Notes under the pieces: model-generated
What the model saw: the letters and a program-made list of their open reading frames with translations, nothing else
Told to the model about the DNA's origin: nothing
Databases searched by the model: none
Program-made: the position numbers and the translations under genes
Assembly: GCA_034430555.1 (NCBI GenBank)
Contig: DAOUEM010000362.1
Location: 1,722-65,721 of the forward strand
Source of the DNA: Anaerolineae bacterium
GTDB taxonomy: Bacteria; Chloroflexota; Anaerolineae; Aggregatilineales; Ch27
Direction: 5' to 3'
Length of the DNA stretch: 64,000 nt
Part shown: in pieces, positions 26,352 to 34,880 of the stretch
Layout of the letters: the number at the start of each line of letters is the position of its first letter
Position numbering within the stretch: position 1 is the stretch's first letter

Positions 26352-26387
26352 ACTGTAAGCGGGCGATTATTGCGCCATCGCCGAACG

Positions 26388-27155
26388 CTAATTTGAGGGC
26401 GGCTCGGCGGAACGCAGCCGCTCCCCGACCCAGGCGCGGGCGGGATGGTTCTGCGCCTCCAGGGCGGCGATCACGGTCTCCACATCGTATTCGACGCGGT
26501 TGATGTCCACGTGGGCCATGCCGGCCTCGAACGTCACCAGTGCGTAGGAAGCCCGCCGGTCACCGTCGAAGGGCAGGCCGACGCTGCCGGGATTGATCAT
26601 GCGCCAGTGGCCCAGGTCGCGGTCCATGGGGCGGTGGGTGTGCCCGCCGAAGGCCAGCCGCCCCTGCCGGTCCAGCAGCGCGTCCAGGATTTCGTCGTCG
26701 GCCACATCCGGCAGCAGGACCAGCTCGTCGTCGCCCGGCGCGGCGTGGAACCCGACCACCCAGCCGTAACCTTCAACTTCCACATCGAGGTCCGTGCCCA
26801 GCTTGAGCAGGTATTCGGCTTCCGCCCAGCCGAGTTTTTCCGTCGTCCAGGCGAAGTTTTTGTCGCGCTCGGCCATCAGCGTGACGATGTTGCCCCACGA
26901 TTCCTCGGTAGGGGGCGGCCAGCCGGGCCGCTGCCCGCGCACCACGTAGCGGTCGGTATTGCCCTGGATGACCCTGGTGGTCTCTTCCGGCAGGGCGCGG
27001 ATCGTCTCGATGCAGGCGACGGGTTCCGGGCAAAAGGCCACCAGGTCGCCCAGAATCCAGGTCAGGTCCGCACCGCCCCTGGCTTTGAGGTCGGCCAGGA
27101 CGGCTTCCAGCGCCAGGTGATTGCCGTGGATGTCCGATAGCACCGCGAGTCGCAT
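26388..27155 (-). CDS. Calcineurin-like metallophosphoesterase
   Basis: 'LAVLSDIHGN', 'ILGDLV', 'GNTD' and 'GGHTH' motifs. Start taken at the ATG at 27155, after GGAG. Confidence 0.8.
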   Translation of the reverse strand: MRLAVLSDIHGNHLALEAVLADLKARGGADLTWILGDLVAFCPEPVACIETIRALPEETTRVIQGNTDRYVVRGQRPGWPPPTEESWGNIVTLMAERDKNFAWTTEKLGWAEAEYLLKLGTDLDVEVEGYGWVVGFHAAPGDDELVLLPDVADDEILDALLDRQGRLAFGGHTHRPMDRDLGHWRMINPGSVGLPFDGDRRASYALVTFEAGMAHVDINRVEYDVETVIAALEAQNHPARAWVGERLRSAEPPSN

Positions 27156-27319
27156 GGGGGGAGTCTCCTTCTCCGTGTGTCGTCTGCGGGCCATTATACC
27201 GCCTGTTGCCGTGGCAGGGGGAATTGGATGGGGCGTTTGGCGGGGAGGGGGCGGGCATACAAAAACACCGGGACCATGCGGCCCCGGTCAGGTGTCATGC
27301 GGATGAGTGACGCGCTAAC

Positions 27320-27715
27320 CTACGAGGATGGCTCGGCCTGGCTCATCGCTTGCAGGTCGACCAGCGCGTCTTCTTCCGTCTCGAGCCAGCGCACGATCGC
27401 GTGCCCGGTCAGGCTGACCAGCGAGCGCTCGATGGTGTAGGCCAGCCGGTTGGAGCCGATGATCAGCCAGAAGCCCATATTACGGTGCCGGAAAGGGACC
27501 AGGGCGCCGTAAATGGTATCGAGCAGGGGGAAGCGCGGGTTGCTGGTGATGTCCACCACGACGTGCACCGGCTGTTCGCTCTCTTCCATGAAGGCCACGA
27601 TCTGCTGGAAGGCGGCCCGCACATCTGTTGGCGCGATGGACCGCTGCCACGTCATTTTGACGGCGTTGTGACCCTCAATCCGGGAAACCGATACAGTGGG
27701 CTGTGCCTGGTCCAT
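27320..27715 (-). CDS. Hypothetical protein (131 aa)
   Basis: ORF with GAAGGGG RBS and an AT-rich promoter-like upstream region. No motif recognised. Confidence 0.5.
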   Translation of the reverse strand: MDQAQPTVSVSRIEGHNAVKMTWQRSIAPTDVRAAFQQIVAFMEESEQPVHVVVDITSNPRFPLLDTIYGALVPFRHRNMGFWLIIGSNRLAYTIERSLVSLTGHAIVRWLETEEDALVDLQAMSQAEPSS

Positions 27716-27858
27716 AAAATCCCCTTCGATAATCGATTGAATAAGTATTCTTATTGTATGCGGGATCGCGTCAATTTTTTGTTAATAAAATCGAAATTCC
27801 ATGAAGGGCGGGCAGTCGGGTTACCTGGCAGCGGCTGCACGACATACGACGTCCCACC

Positions 27859-28221
27859 TCACTGGCGCGAGTAGAAATAATTGCTGCTTTCCTGGTCGAC
27901 GAAGCTCGTGCCGGACGTCAACCCGAAGTGCCCTCGCGAGGGCGCGAAGCCGTCAGCCTCCACCAGCGCCTGTACGCGTGGTAAATCGCCGGTGTGGAGG
28001 ACGTAGTTTTTATTCTGCCACGGACTGCCGCGCTTACGGAGAGTCAGGTCAATTTTGCCTTCCCGACGCCAGTGGCTGAGCTCGCAGTAGTCGTATTGGG
28101 GAGGGATAGGGAAGGCTTCTTCCAGAGTGATATCGCGCTCCGGGCTCGAGAAAAGAAAGAGGATGGCCATAATCGGCCTGACGATGACGATCATGATCAG
28201 TCTTAAAACCAGCTTTAACAT
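27859..28221 (-). CDS. Hypothetical N-terminally membrane-anchored protein (120 aa)
   Basis: Hydrophobic N-terminus 'LRLIMIVIVRPIMAILFLF'. Lower G+C. No motif recognised. Confidence 0.45.
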   Translation of the reverse strand: MLKLVLRLIMIVIVRPIMAILFLFSSPERDITLEEAFPIPPQYDYCELSHWRREGKIDLTLRKRGSPWQNKNYVLHTGDLPRVQALVEADGFAPSRGHFGLTSGTSFVDQESSNYFYSRQ

Positions 28222-28440
28222 GCGTCGTTCCCCCCTGCGTACTGATGACCTTGTCCTTACGCCTGACGATTACACTTACCATAGCACAGACCTTACCCGC
28301 CGCAACCCCACAAAATGAGGGGGAGCACTGCTGCTTTGCTCCGGCGCGGAAGGTGAGAGTCGGGCGGCGCGGCGCATTTTTGGGGTTTCTTTTCTCTGGA
28401 AGCCCACGCTTACCCAACGCAATCCTAACCAACGCCGCTT

Positions 28441-28467
28441 TTGTCACATCATAGCCTGTGCTATACT
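28441..28467 (+). promoter_or_regulatory. Extended -10 promoter-like element (TGcTATACT) immediately before the 8-gene cluster
   Basis: TTGTCA at 28441-28446, 15-nt spacer, TG-c-TATACT at 28459-28467. The ATG at 28476 lies only 8 nt after the -10, which implies a leaderless or near-leaderless mRNA. Confidence 0.4.
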
Positions 28468-28475
28468 GACGCCGT

Positions 28476-28835
28476 ATGGAGAGCGATACCGAACGCGCAC
28501 AGTTGGAAGTACAATTGGCTTTGTGGCGGCAGCGCCTGCAAGCCTGGGGGTTGGAGGGTATCGTGGCGGCGCTGCTGGAGGCCGCCGAGCCGCTCAGCAT
28601 GTTGGGCGCGCAGGTGCTGTACGTGGCGCAGCCGGCCCTGGGCATCTTTCTGCCGGCGCGGCAGGTGGGCCGGTGGGCGCGCTTGCTGGAAGACCCGGCC
28701 AACGTGGCCTGGGTGCGCACCCGGCTCACTGAGCCGACGTTGACCGGGCCGCGGCTCACCGAGCCAGGACCCGCTCTTCACCAGGATGGGACGTCCCCCG
28801 ACGAGGGAGGGGCACCGGATGACTCCGGAGATTAG
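28476..28835 (+). CDS. Cluster gene 1: small protein with a hydrophobic patch (119 aa)
   Basis: First ORF of the co-directional cluster. Overlaps the next start. No motif recognised. Confidence 0.55.
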   Translation: MESDTERAQLEVQLALWRQRLQAWGLEGIVAALLEAAEPLSMLGAQVLYVAQPALGIFLPARQVGRWARLLEDPANVAWVRTRLTEPTLTGPRLTEPGPALHQDGTSPDEGGAPDDSGD

Positions 28836-29676
28836 TGTCTTCACGCTGCTGGTGCTGCTGTTGACTTTCGTGCTCACGATTCTGGGCGCGCAGGTGTTGC
28901 GGCGGCAGCGCGTCCAGCTTTCACTGCGGCGGATTCGCGCCTACCAGGCGATGCCGGTGGCCGTCAGCGAGGCGGTGGAGGGCGAGCGGCCCATTCACGT
29001 GTCCTTTGGCGGCAGCGGGCTGGGCGGGGCCTCGACCATTTCGGCCCTGGCTGTAGCGGACCTGCTTTATCCGTTGATGGAACGAGCGGCCATTGCCAGC
29101 CAGCCGCCCATCGTCTCCCTGAGCGATCCGACGGCGCTGGGATTGGCGCAGGGCACGCTCCGCCGCGCCTACGAGCGTCGCAATAACGTGGAAGCCTACC
29201 GCAGTACCGCCGCCCGCTGGTACCCCCAGGGACCGCGCTCGCTGGCCTTTGCGGCGGGCGTCGCCGGGGCGCTGGCCGACGAGGACTCGAACCTCAGCGT
29301 GGTGGCCGGGCGTTTCGGCGCGGAGATCGCCTTCATCGGCGAGATGACCATGCGCTACGACCAGCTCTTTTTCGGCCAGAGCGATCAGCTCGACGGGCAG
29401 GCGGTGGCCTACGTCATGTCGGAGCGGGCGCTGATCGGCGAGGAGTTGTACGTCGCCGGGGCCTATTTGCCGCGCCGACCGTCACCGCTGCACCTCAGCC
29501 AGCTTTTGGCGATGGAAGGATTGCGTTTCATTGTGATCGCTGCCATCCTGCTGGTAGCCGTCGGGACTTTTATTGCCGAGAACATCGTCATCATCCTGGC
29601 GGTGGTGGTGCTGCTGATCCTGATCACCGGTGGGTTGTTCGGGCTGCGGCTCTGGCGGCAGCGGGGAGGAAACTGA
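28819..29676 (+). CDS. Cluster gene 2: membrane protein with N-terminal TM and C-terminal double TM
   Basis: GAGGGAGGGG RBS 6 nt before the ATG at 28819. TM 'ISVFTLLVLLLTFVLTILGA' and C-terminal 'FIVIAAILLVAVGTFIAENIVIILAVVVLLILITGGLFGL'. Confidence 0.6.
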   Translation: MTPEISVFTLLVLLLTFVLTILGAQVLRRQRVQLSLRRIRAYQAMPVAVSEAVEGERPIHVSFGGSGLGGASTISALAVADLLYPLMERAAIASQPPIVSLSDPTALGLAQGTLRRAYERRNNVEAYRSTAARWYPQGPRSLAFAAGVAGALADEDSNLSVVAGRFGAEIAFIGEMTMRYDQLFFGQSDQLDGQAVAYVMSERALIGEELYVAGAYLPRRPSPLHLSQLLAMEGLRFIVIAAILLVAVGTFIAENIVIILAVVVLLILITGGLFGLRLWRQRGGN

Positions 29677-29680
29677 GCCG

Positions 29681-30307
29681 ATGCGCCGTTTACTCGCTGT
29701 TTTATCGTCGGCCATCGTCATCGGCCTGGGCCTGATCACGCTGTGGGGCCTGTTCCCGGACTCGCCGGTCGCGCCCGTCGCCGCCGGCCTGATCCAGCTG
29801 GTGGTGGTCATCAGCGCGGTGGCGGTGCTGGTCGGCGTGCTGAACCTGCTGTGGGTGCACCTGCAGCGCGTGCTCAACGGCGAGCCAGGCTGGCCTTACA
29901 GTATCGCGCTGTTCCTGGCCGCGCTGGCCGTGATCGCGATCACCCTGCTGGAGCGCCTGGGCGTGCTGAGCGGCCCCTCCTTGAGCGGCTTCCTGTTCAA
30001 CGCGGTGCAGGTCTCGGTGGAGAGCGCGCTGGCCAGTCTGCTGGTGTTTTTCCTGGTATATGCCGCGGCGCGGATGTTACGCCGCCGCTTGACGTGGGGC
30101 GGCCTGCTGTTTGTCGTCACGCTGTTGATCGTATTGGTCGGTTGGATGCAGGTGCCGGCGCTGGGCGCCTTTAACGGCCTCAGCGAGTGGATCCGTACGG
30201 TGCCGGCCTCGGCCGGGGTGCGGGGCCTGCTGATCGGGGTGGCGCTCGGCGCGACCACGGCAGGCGTCCGCGTGCTGCTGGGGCAGGACCCCAGTTATCG
30301 GGAGTAG
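29681..30307 (+). CDS. Cluster gene 3: polytopic membrane protein
   Basis: GGAGGA RBS. The ATG is 4 nt after the previous stop. At least 5 hydrophobic helices. Confidence 0.65.
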   Translation: MRRLLAVLSSAIVIGLGLITLWGLFPDSPVAPVAAGLIQLVVVISAVAVLVGVLNLLWVHLQRVLNGEPGWPYSIALFLAALAVIAITLLERLGVLSGPSLSGFLFNAVQVSVESALASLLVFFLVYAAARMLRRRLTWGGLLFVVTLLIVLVGWMQVPALGAFNGLSEWIRTVPASAGVRGLLIGVALGATTAGVRVLLGQDPSYRE

Positions 30308-30314
30308 TCGCATC

Positions 30315-33300
30315 ATGTCGGACGAACGTCCGTTACCCCAGGATGAAGGACTGCCCGCCTGGTTACGGGGGCGCATTCACCCCTATCCCGGCGAGCCTGC
30401 CCAGCCGTTACCGCCCGCTGGCGCTGGTGCGCCGGGTGATGCGGGTCAGCCCAGTGAGGGCGATGCCATCGACCTGCTGGCCATCTTTGACGCCGCCGGC
30501 GAACCGGGCGCCCCCGAGATTCCCGTTTCCGATGCGGGCGAGGTGCTGCCCTGGGACGCGGATGCCGGCGCGGACCAGGCGCTGCCCTCCGCCGGGGAAT
30601 TAAAGGGCCTGACCGGCGAGCTGCCCTGGATGTCCGACGTGGTGGCCGATGCCTCACCGGATGCGCTGGCCGGACCTCCCGCCGCTGAGTCGCCTGTCCA
30701 GGACGCTGCGCTGCCCTGGCTGGAGGACGAAACGCCGTCCTCGGTCGCCGAAGACGACGTGCCGATGGCCGACTGGTTCGACCAGGCCCCGCCGCCGCCC
30801 GCCATCCCCGCGGAAGAAGGCCCCGGTTTCCTGGAGGATGACGCGACCCTGGCTGGCGCTTTTGACGAGCCGTCGGCCGCCCCGGAGCAGGGCGAGGAGA
30901 CCCCGGATTGGCTGGTCGTGGCTGATGCCCTGGCCGGCGATGAAGCGCCGCCTGATGCCCCGGCGGAGGATGCCGTGCCCGACTGGCTGTCGACCGGCGA
31001 TCTCACGCCGGAAGCAGCCGCGGGAATTCCCGCGGAGGCCCTCGCTCCCGCCGACGCGCCCGACTGGCTGGCCGCCGTCGACGACTTCGGCGGCGACGAG
31101 GATGAGGACGACGAATACCAGCCCGCCGCCTCCGCCGAACCGGTCGGCGATCCGGAGTGGTTGATCACCGATACCGGCGAAGGTCCGGTCGATTTGCTGC
31201 CGGACGACAGCGGCCTGACCTACGAGGAGTGGGAGCAGACGCAGGACGAGGAAGAAGCGGCGCCTTCCCCGGAAGAACTGCTGGCCCAGGAGGTTCCCGA
31301 CTGGTTCGCCGCCATCGACGAGGACGAGGAAGGGGCGGCTCCGCCGCTCGATGCCGCTGCGCCCGCCGCCGAAGGCGCGGATTTCGTGCCGGACTGGTAC
31401 CTCGGCCTGGAAGAGCAGGATACCTCGGAAGCGCCGGAGTGGTTCAATGGCCTGGATTTCTCCGCCGACGCGCTGACTGCCGAGCCGGTCCTGCCGGAAG
31501 CCCCGGAACCGCCGACACCGGAGTCGGCGCCTGCTGCCCCGGCAACGCCCACCGCGGGTGAGGCGCCCGACTGGCTCCAGGACCTGGGCGAAGACATGCC
31601 TGCCGCCGAACAGGCCAAGCCGCCCACCGGGGAACTGGACGAGCTGTTCGGGGATATGGATTTTTCGGCGGATGCCGGGCCGGTGGAGGAAGTGCCGGAC
31701 TGGTTCACGGGTATTGGCGACGACGCACCCGCCCCGCCGCCCGCCGCGCCGCGCCCGCCCACCGCGCCGCTGGACGACGTGGGCGATCTGTTTGGCGACC
31801 TGGACTTCACGCCCGATGATGCCGCCGCGCTGGCCGAGGCCGCCGTCGGGGACGAGGGCGAAAAGATATCGCCGGATTGGTTGAGCGCTATCGGCCAAGA
31901 GACGGGACTGGTTTCCGACCTGCCCGAATTGGACGCCGAGCCTGACTTTGATTTCCTGGCGGACTTACCGTCCGAAGGGGCCGACGCCGACCTAGACGAC
32001 CTGTTTGGCGAGCTGGACGAGTCCGTGGACGAGTCCGTGGACGCAGCTGATTTTGAGGAAGCGGCTGCGCCCCCGCCGCCGTCCCCGGAGCCGTCAGTCC
32101 TGGAGCCGGGCCAAGCCCCTGACTGGCTGGCCGACATCCAGCCGGAAGATATGCCGTTGACCACCGACGGTCTGCTGGCCGGCGGCGGCGATTTTATGGC
32201 CGTTATCGAAGACGAGTTGGGCGAATTCGACCCGTTTGCCGAGGCCGGTGTCAGCCCGGATTCACAGCTGGTGGCCCCCGCCGATGGCACCCTGGACCTG
32301 GAGGCGCTGCTGTCCGAAGGTGACCTGTCGCCTACGTCCGGCGTGGACCGCCCGCCGCCTGCCGCTCCTGGCCCGGCGCCCACCGGCGATGATGCCGAGA
32401 TGCCCGGCTGGCTGCTGGACGCCCGTCCGGACGAGAGCCGTGGCGGCTTCTCCGTGGTGGACGCGGCTATGCGCCAGGCGGAGGAAGCGCCGGTCGAGGA
32501 GCTGACCGATCGCCTCCAGCACCTGCGCGAGGCCACCCGCCGCGCCGCCGAAGCCGCCGAGGATGCGCCGCCAGCGCCATCTGATGCGGCCAGCCAGGTC
32601 CTGGCCGGGGTCACCGACGGCCTTATGCCGACTCACCTGTTCGAGGAGCCGACCGGGCCGGAAGTCATGCTCACCGTGGAGCTGGACGAGGCCCAGGAAG
32701 CCCGCGTCGCCACCCTGGAGGCGCTGCTCGGCCTGGACGCGCTGCACGAGGGCGAGCCCGCCTACGACGAAGACGGCGAGCCGATCCCCGTCGACTACGA
32801 GCAGGAAGCCCTCCGCGTGCGGGAGGCCGCGCGCCGCGCCCGGGCCCGCAGCCGGTTCAAGCCGGGCCGCGTGGTGATCAGCCTGCTGCTGGTGGTGGCG
32901 GCTGTGATCCCCTTCCTGGTGGACCTGTCCTCATTCTTGCAGTTGCCGGTCGCCGCGCTGGACACGGCGCGCCACGGCGAACTGGACGCCCAGATCGAGC
33001 GGCTGGAGCGGGGCGACCTGGTGCTGGTCGGCTTTGAGTACGGCCCCACCAGCGCCGGCGAGATGGACGTGCTGGCCGAGACTCTACTCAGCCATATCCT
33101 GATCAAAGGCGCGGTGCCCGTGATCGTCAGTACCAACCCGGCGGGCACGCTGCACTCGCGCGACGTGCTGGGTGCCCTGGCCGGCGACGAGTGGCTGCTG
33201 GCCCACATGGGCCGTCCGGCCAATCGCCCGCTGGAGACCCCGGACGACTACGTGATCCTGGCCTACCAGCCCGGCGAGTCGGTCGGGCTGCGTTACCTGG

Positions 33301-34214
33301 CCGAGTGTTTCACCGGCACCGGCGCGCTGGATTGCAGCGCCGTCGTGGCCGATTACCAGGGGAACCCGACCGGCCTGGTCGACGTCTCCTTCGCCCTGAT
33401 GATCACGCTGGCCGAGCGCGGCGAAGACGTCCGCCTGTGGGTGGAGCAGGTCGGCGCTGTTGTGCCGGCGCCGCTGGCCGCCGCCGTGACGGTCGGGGCG
33501 GAGCCGATTGCGCGTCCCTATTTCGCCTCCGGGCAGCTGATCGGTCTGCTGGCCGGGTACCGCGACGCCTACATCTACGACACCGTGCTGCTGGCGGCGC
33601 TGCCGCCGGTGCAGGCTCTGCCGCCGTCCGTCGAGGATACGCCCGCCGGGGACGAAACGCCGGTCGAAGCTGCGGCGCTGCCCACCGTTACCCCGACCGA
33701 AGATTCGCTGACCTTCCTGGCCACGCCGACGGCCGGCGAGGTGCTGCCCACCGCGACGCTCCAGGGCCTGGTGACGCGCACGCCGACCCCGTCCCTGACG
33801 CCTTCCATCACCCTGACGCCCTCGCTGACCTTCACGCCCTCGGCGACAGCCACCGCCACGCGCACGCCCACTTTCACCCACACGCCGCGTCCGCAGGACC
33901 TGACCCAGGCGGCCATTGCCATCGGGTCCGGCACGCCGCTGACGGCCACGCCTACCCCGGTGCCGAGCCACACGCCGACCATCGCCCTGGTGACGGAGAC
34001 GCCCGCGCCGGAAGGCACCGTCGTCGATGAAGCGGCGGACGGCACGGTCGTGGCCGACGCCGCCCTGGCAGAGCAGGTCGTGCAGCCGGAGCGCGTCTAC
34101 CGTGAAGAGCGCTGGTACAGCCTCACGCTGAGCGCCATCGCGGCGACCATCGTGATCGGGTTGGGCGCGATGGTGAACATCTTCCGAGGCATTCGCCGGA
34201 GGCGGGAACAGTGA
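30315..34214 (+). CDS. Cluster gene 4: 1299-aa protein (acidic PDW-repeat disordered region / TM / globular domain / Thr-Pro linker / C-terminal TM)
   Basis: About 800 aa are highly acidic, with 12 strict and 4 degenerate P-[DEG]-W-[LFY] motifs. TM 'VVISLLLVVAAVIPFLV', 'TPTPSLTPSITLTPSLTFTPSATATATRTPTFTHTP', and a terminal TM plus 'RRRREQ'. Confidence 0.75.
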   Translation: MSDERPLPQDEGLPAWLRGRIHPYPGEPAQPLPPAGAGAPGDAGQPSEGDAIDLLAIFDAAGEPGAPEIPVSDAGEVLPWDADAGADQALPSAGELKGLTGELPWMSDVVADASPDALAGPPAAESPVQDAALPWLEDETPSSVAEDDVPMADWFDQAPPPPAIPAEEGPGFLEDDATLAGAFDEPSAAPEQGEETPDWLVVADALAGDEAPPDAPAEDAVPDWLSTGDLTPEAAAGIPAEALAPADAPDWLAAVDDFGGDEDEDDEYQPAASAEPVGDPEWLITDTGEGPVDLLPDDSGLTYEEWEQTQDEEEAAPSPEELLAQEVPDWFAAIDEDEEGAAPPLDAAAPAAEGADFVPDWYLGLEEQDTSEAPEWFNGLDFSADALTAEPVLPEAPEPPTPESAPAAPATPTAGEAPDWLQDLGEDMPAAEQAKPPTGELDELFGDMDFSADAGPVEEVPDWFTGIGDDAPAPPPAAPRPPTAPLDDVGDLFGDLDFTPDDAAALAEAAVGDEGEKISPDWLSAIGQETGLVSDLPELDAEPDFDFLADLPSEGADADLDDLFGELDESVDESVDAADFEEAAAPPPPSPEPSVLEPGQAPDWLADIQPEDMPLTTDGLLAGGGDFMAVIEDELGEFDPFAEAGVSPDSQLVAPADGTLDLEALLSEGDLSPTSGVDRPPPAAPGPAPTGDDAEMPGWLLDARPDESRGGFSVVDAAMRQAEEAPVEELTDRLQHLREATRRAAEAAEDAPPAPSDAASQVLAGVTDGLMPTHLFEEPTGPEVMLTVELDEAQEARVATLEALLGLDALHEGEPAYDEDGEPIPVDYEQEALRVREAARRARARSRFKPGRVVISLLLVVAAVIPFLVDLSSFLQLPVAALDTARHGELDAQIERLERGDLVLVGFEYGPTSAGEMDVLAETLLSHILIKGAVPVIVSTNPAGTLHSRDVLGALAGDEWLLAHMGRPANRPLETPDDYVILAYQPGESVGLRYLAECFTGTGALDCSAVVADYQGNPTGLVDVSFALMITLAERGEDVRLWVEQVGAVVPAPLAAAVTVGAEPIARPYFASGQLIGLLAGYRDAYIYDTVLLAALPPVQALPPSVEDTPAGDETPVEAAALPTVTPTEDSLTFLATPTAGEVLPTATLQGLVTRTPTPSLTPSITLTPSLTFTPSATATATRTPTFTHTPRPQDLTQAAIAIGSGTPLTATPTPVPSHTPTIALVTETPAPEGTVVDEAADGTVVADAALAEQVVQPERVYREERWYSLTLSAIAATIVIGLGAMVNIFRGIRRRREQ

Positions 34215-34861
34215 CGCCAGATACGTTAAACACGCTCGCCGGGTGGGTTGGCTTCGTGCTGACCCTGCTGATCTTCAGCTATTTGCTGGCCGATAACTTT
34301 CTGTACCGGCTGGCGGTGTATGTCTTTGTCGGCGTGGCTGCCGGGTTCACCGCCGTCGTGGCGGTGGAAGGCGTGCTGTTGCCCTGGCTGGAAGGCACCG
34401 TGTTTTCCGCGCAAGCCTCCACCGGCGGGATCGTGCTGGGCGTGGTGCCGCTGATCGTCGGGTTTTTGCTGCTGCTGAAGGCCTCGCCACGGCTGGCCCC
34501 GCTGGGCAACCTGGCCCTGGCCGTCCTGATCGGCATCGGCACGGCGGTGGCGCTGGTCGGCGCGGTGAGCGGCACGCTGCTGCCGCTAGTCGGCTCGACC
34601 GGGGGCGCGGTCACCGCCAGCGTGGACGGCCTGGTGATCATCCTGGGCACCATCACCACGCTGTTATACTTCCAGTACCTGGCGGTCCGGCGGCCCGACG
34701 GCGAAATCTCGCGGCCCCTGGCCCTGCGCGCCGCCGGCACCATCGGCCAGGTATTTTTGATTATTGCTTTCGCCTCGCTCTATGCGGGCGCTATTCTGAC
34801 CAGCCTTACCATTTTCAGTGAACGGATCGCCTTCTTGTTGACGCAGGTCGCGGGCGGGTAG
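34211..34861 (+). CDS. Cluster gene 5: polytopic membrane protein
   Basis: GTG start overlaps the previous TGA (GTGA). About 6 hydrophobic helices. Confidence 0.65.
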   Translation: MTPDTLNTLAGWVGFVLTLLIFSYLLADNFLYRLAVYVFVGVAAGFTAVVAVEGVLLPWLEGTVFSAQASTGGIVLGVVPLIVGFLLLLKASPRLAPLGNLALAVLIGIGTAVALVGAVSGTLLPLVGSTGGAVTASVDGLVIILGTITTLLYFQYLAVRRPDGEISRPLALRAAGTIGQVFLIIAFASLYAGAILTSLTIFSERIAFLLTQVAGG

Positions 34862-34880
34862 CTAAACCGGGCGAATAACT

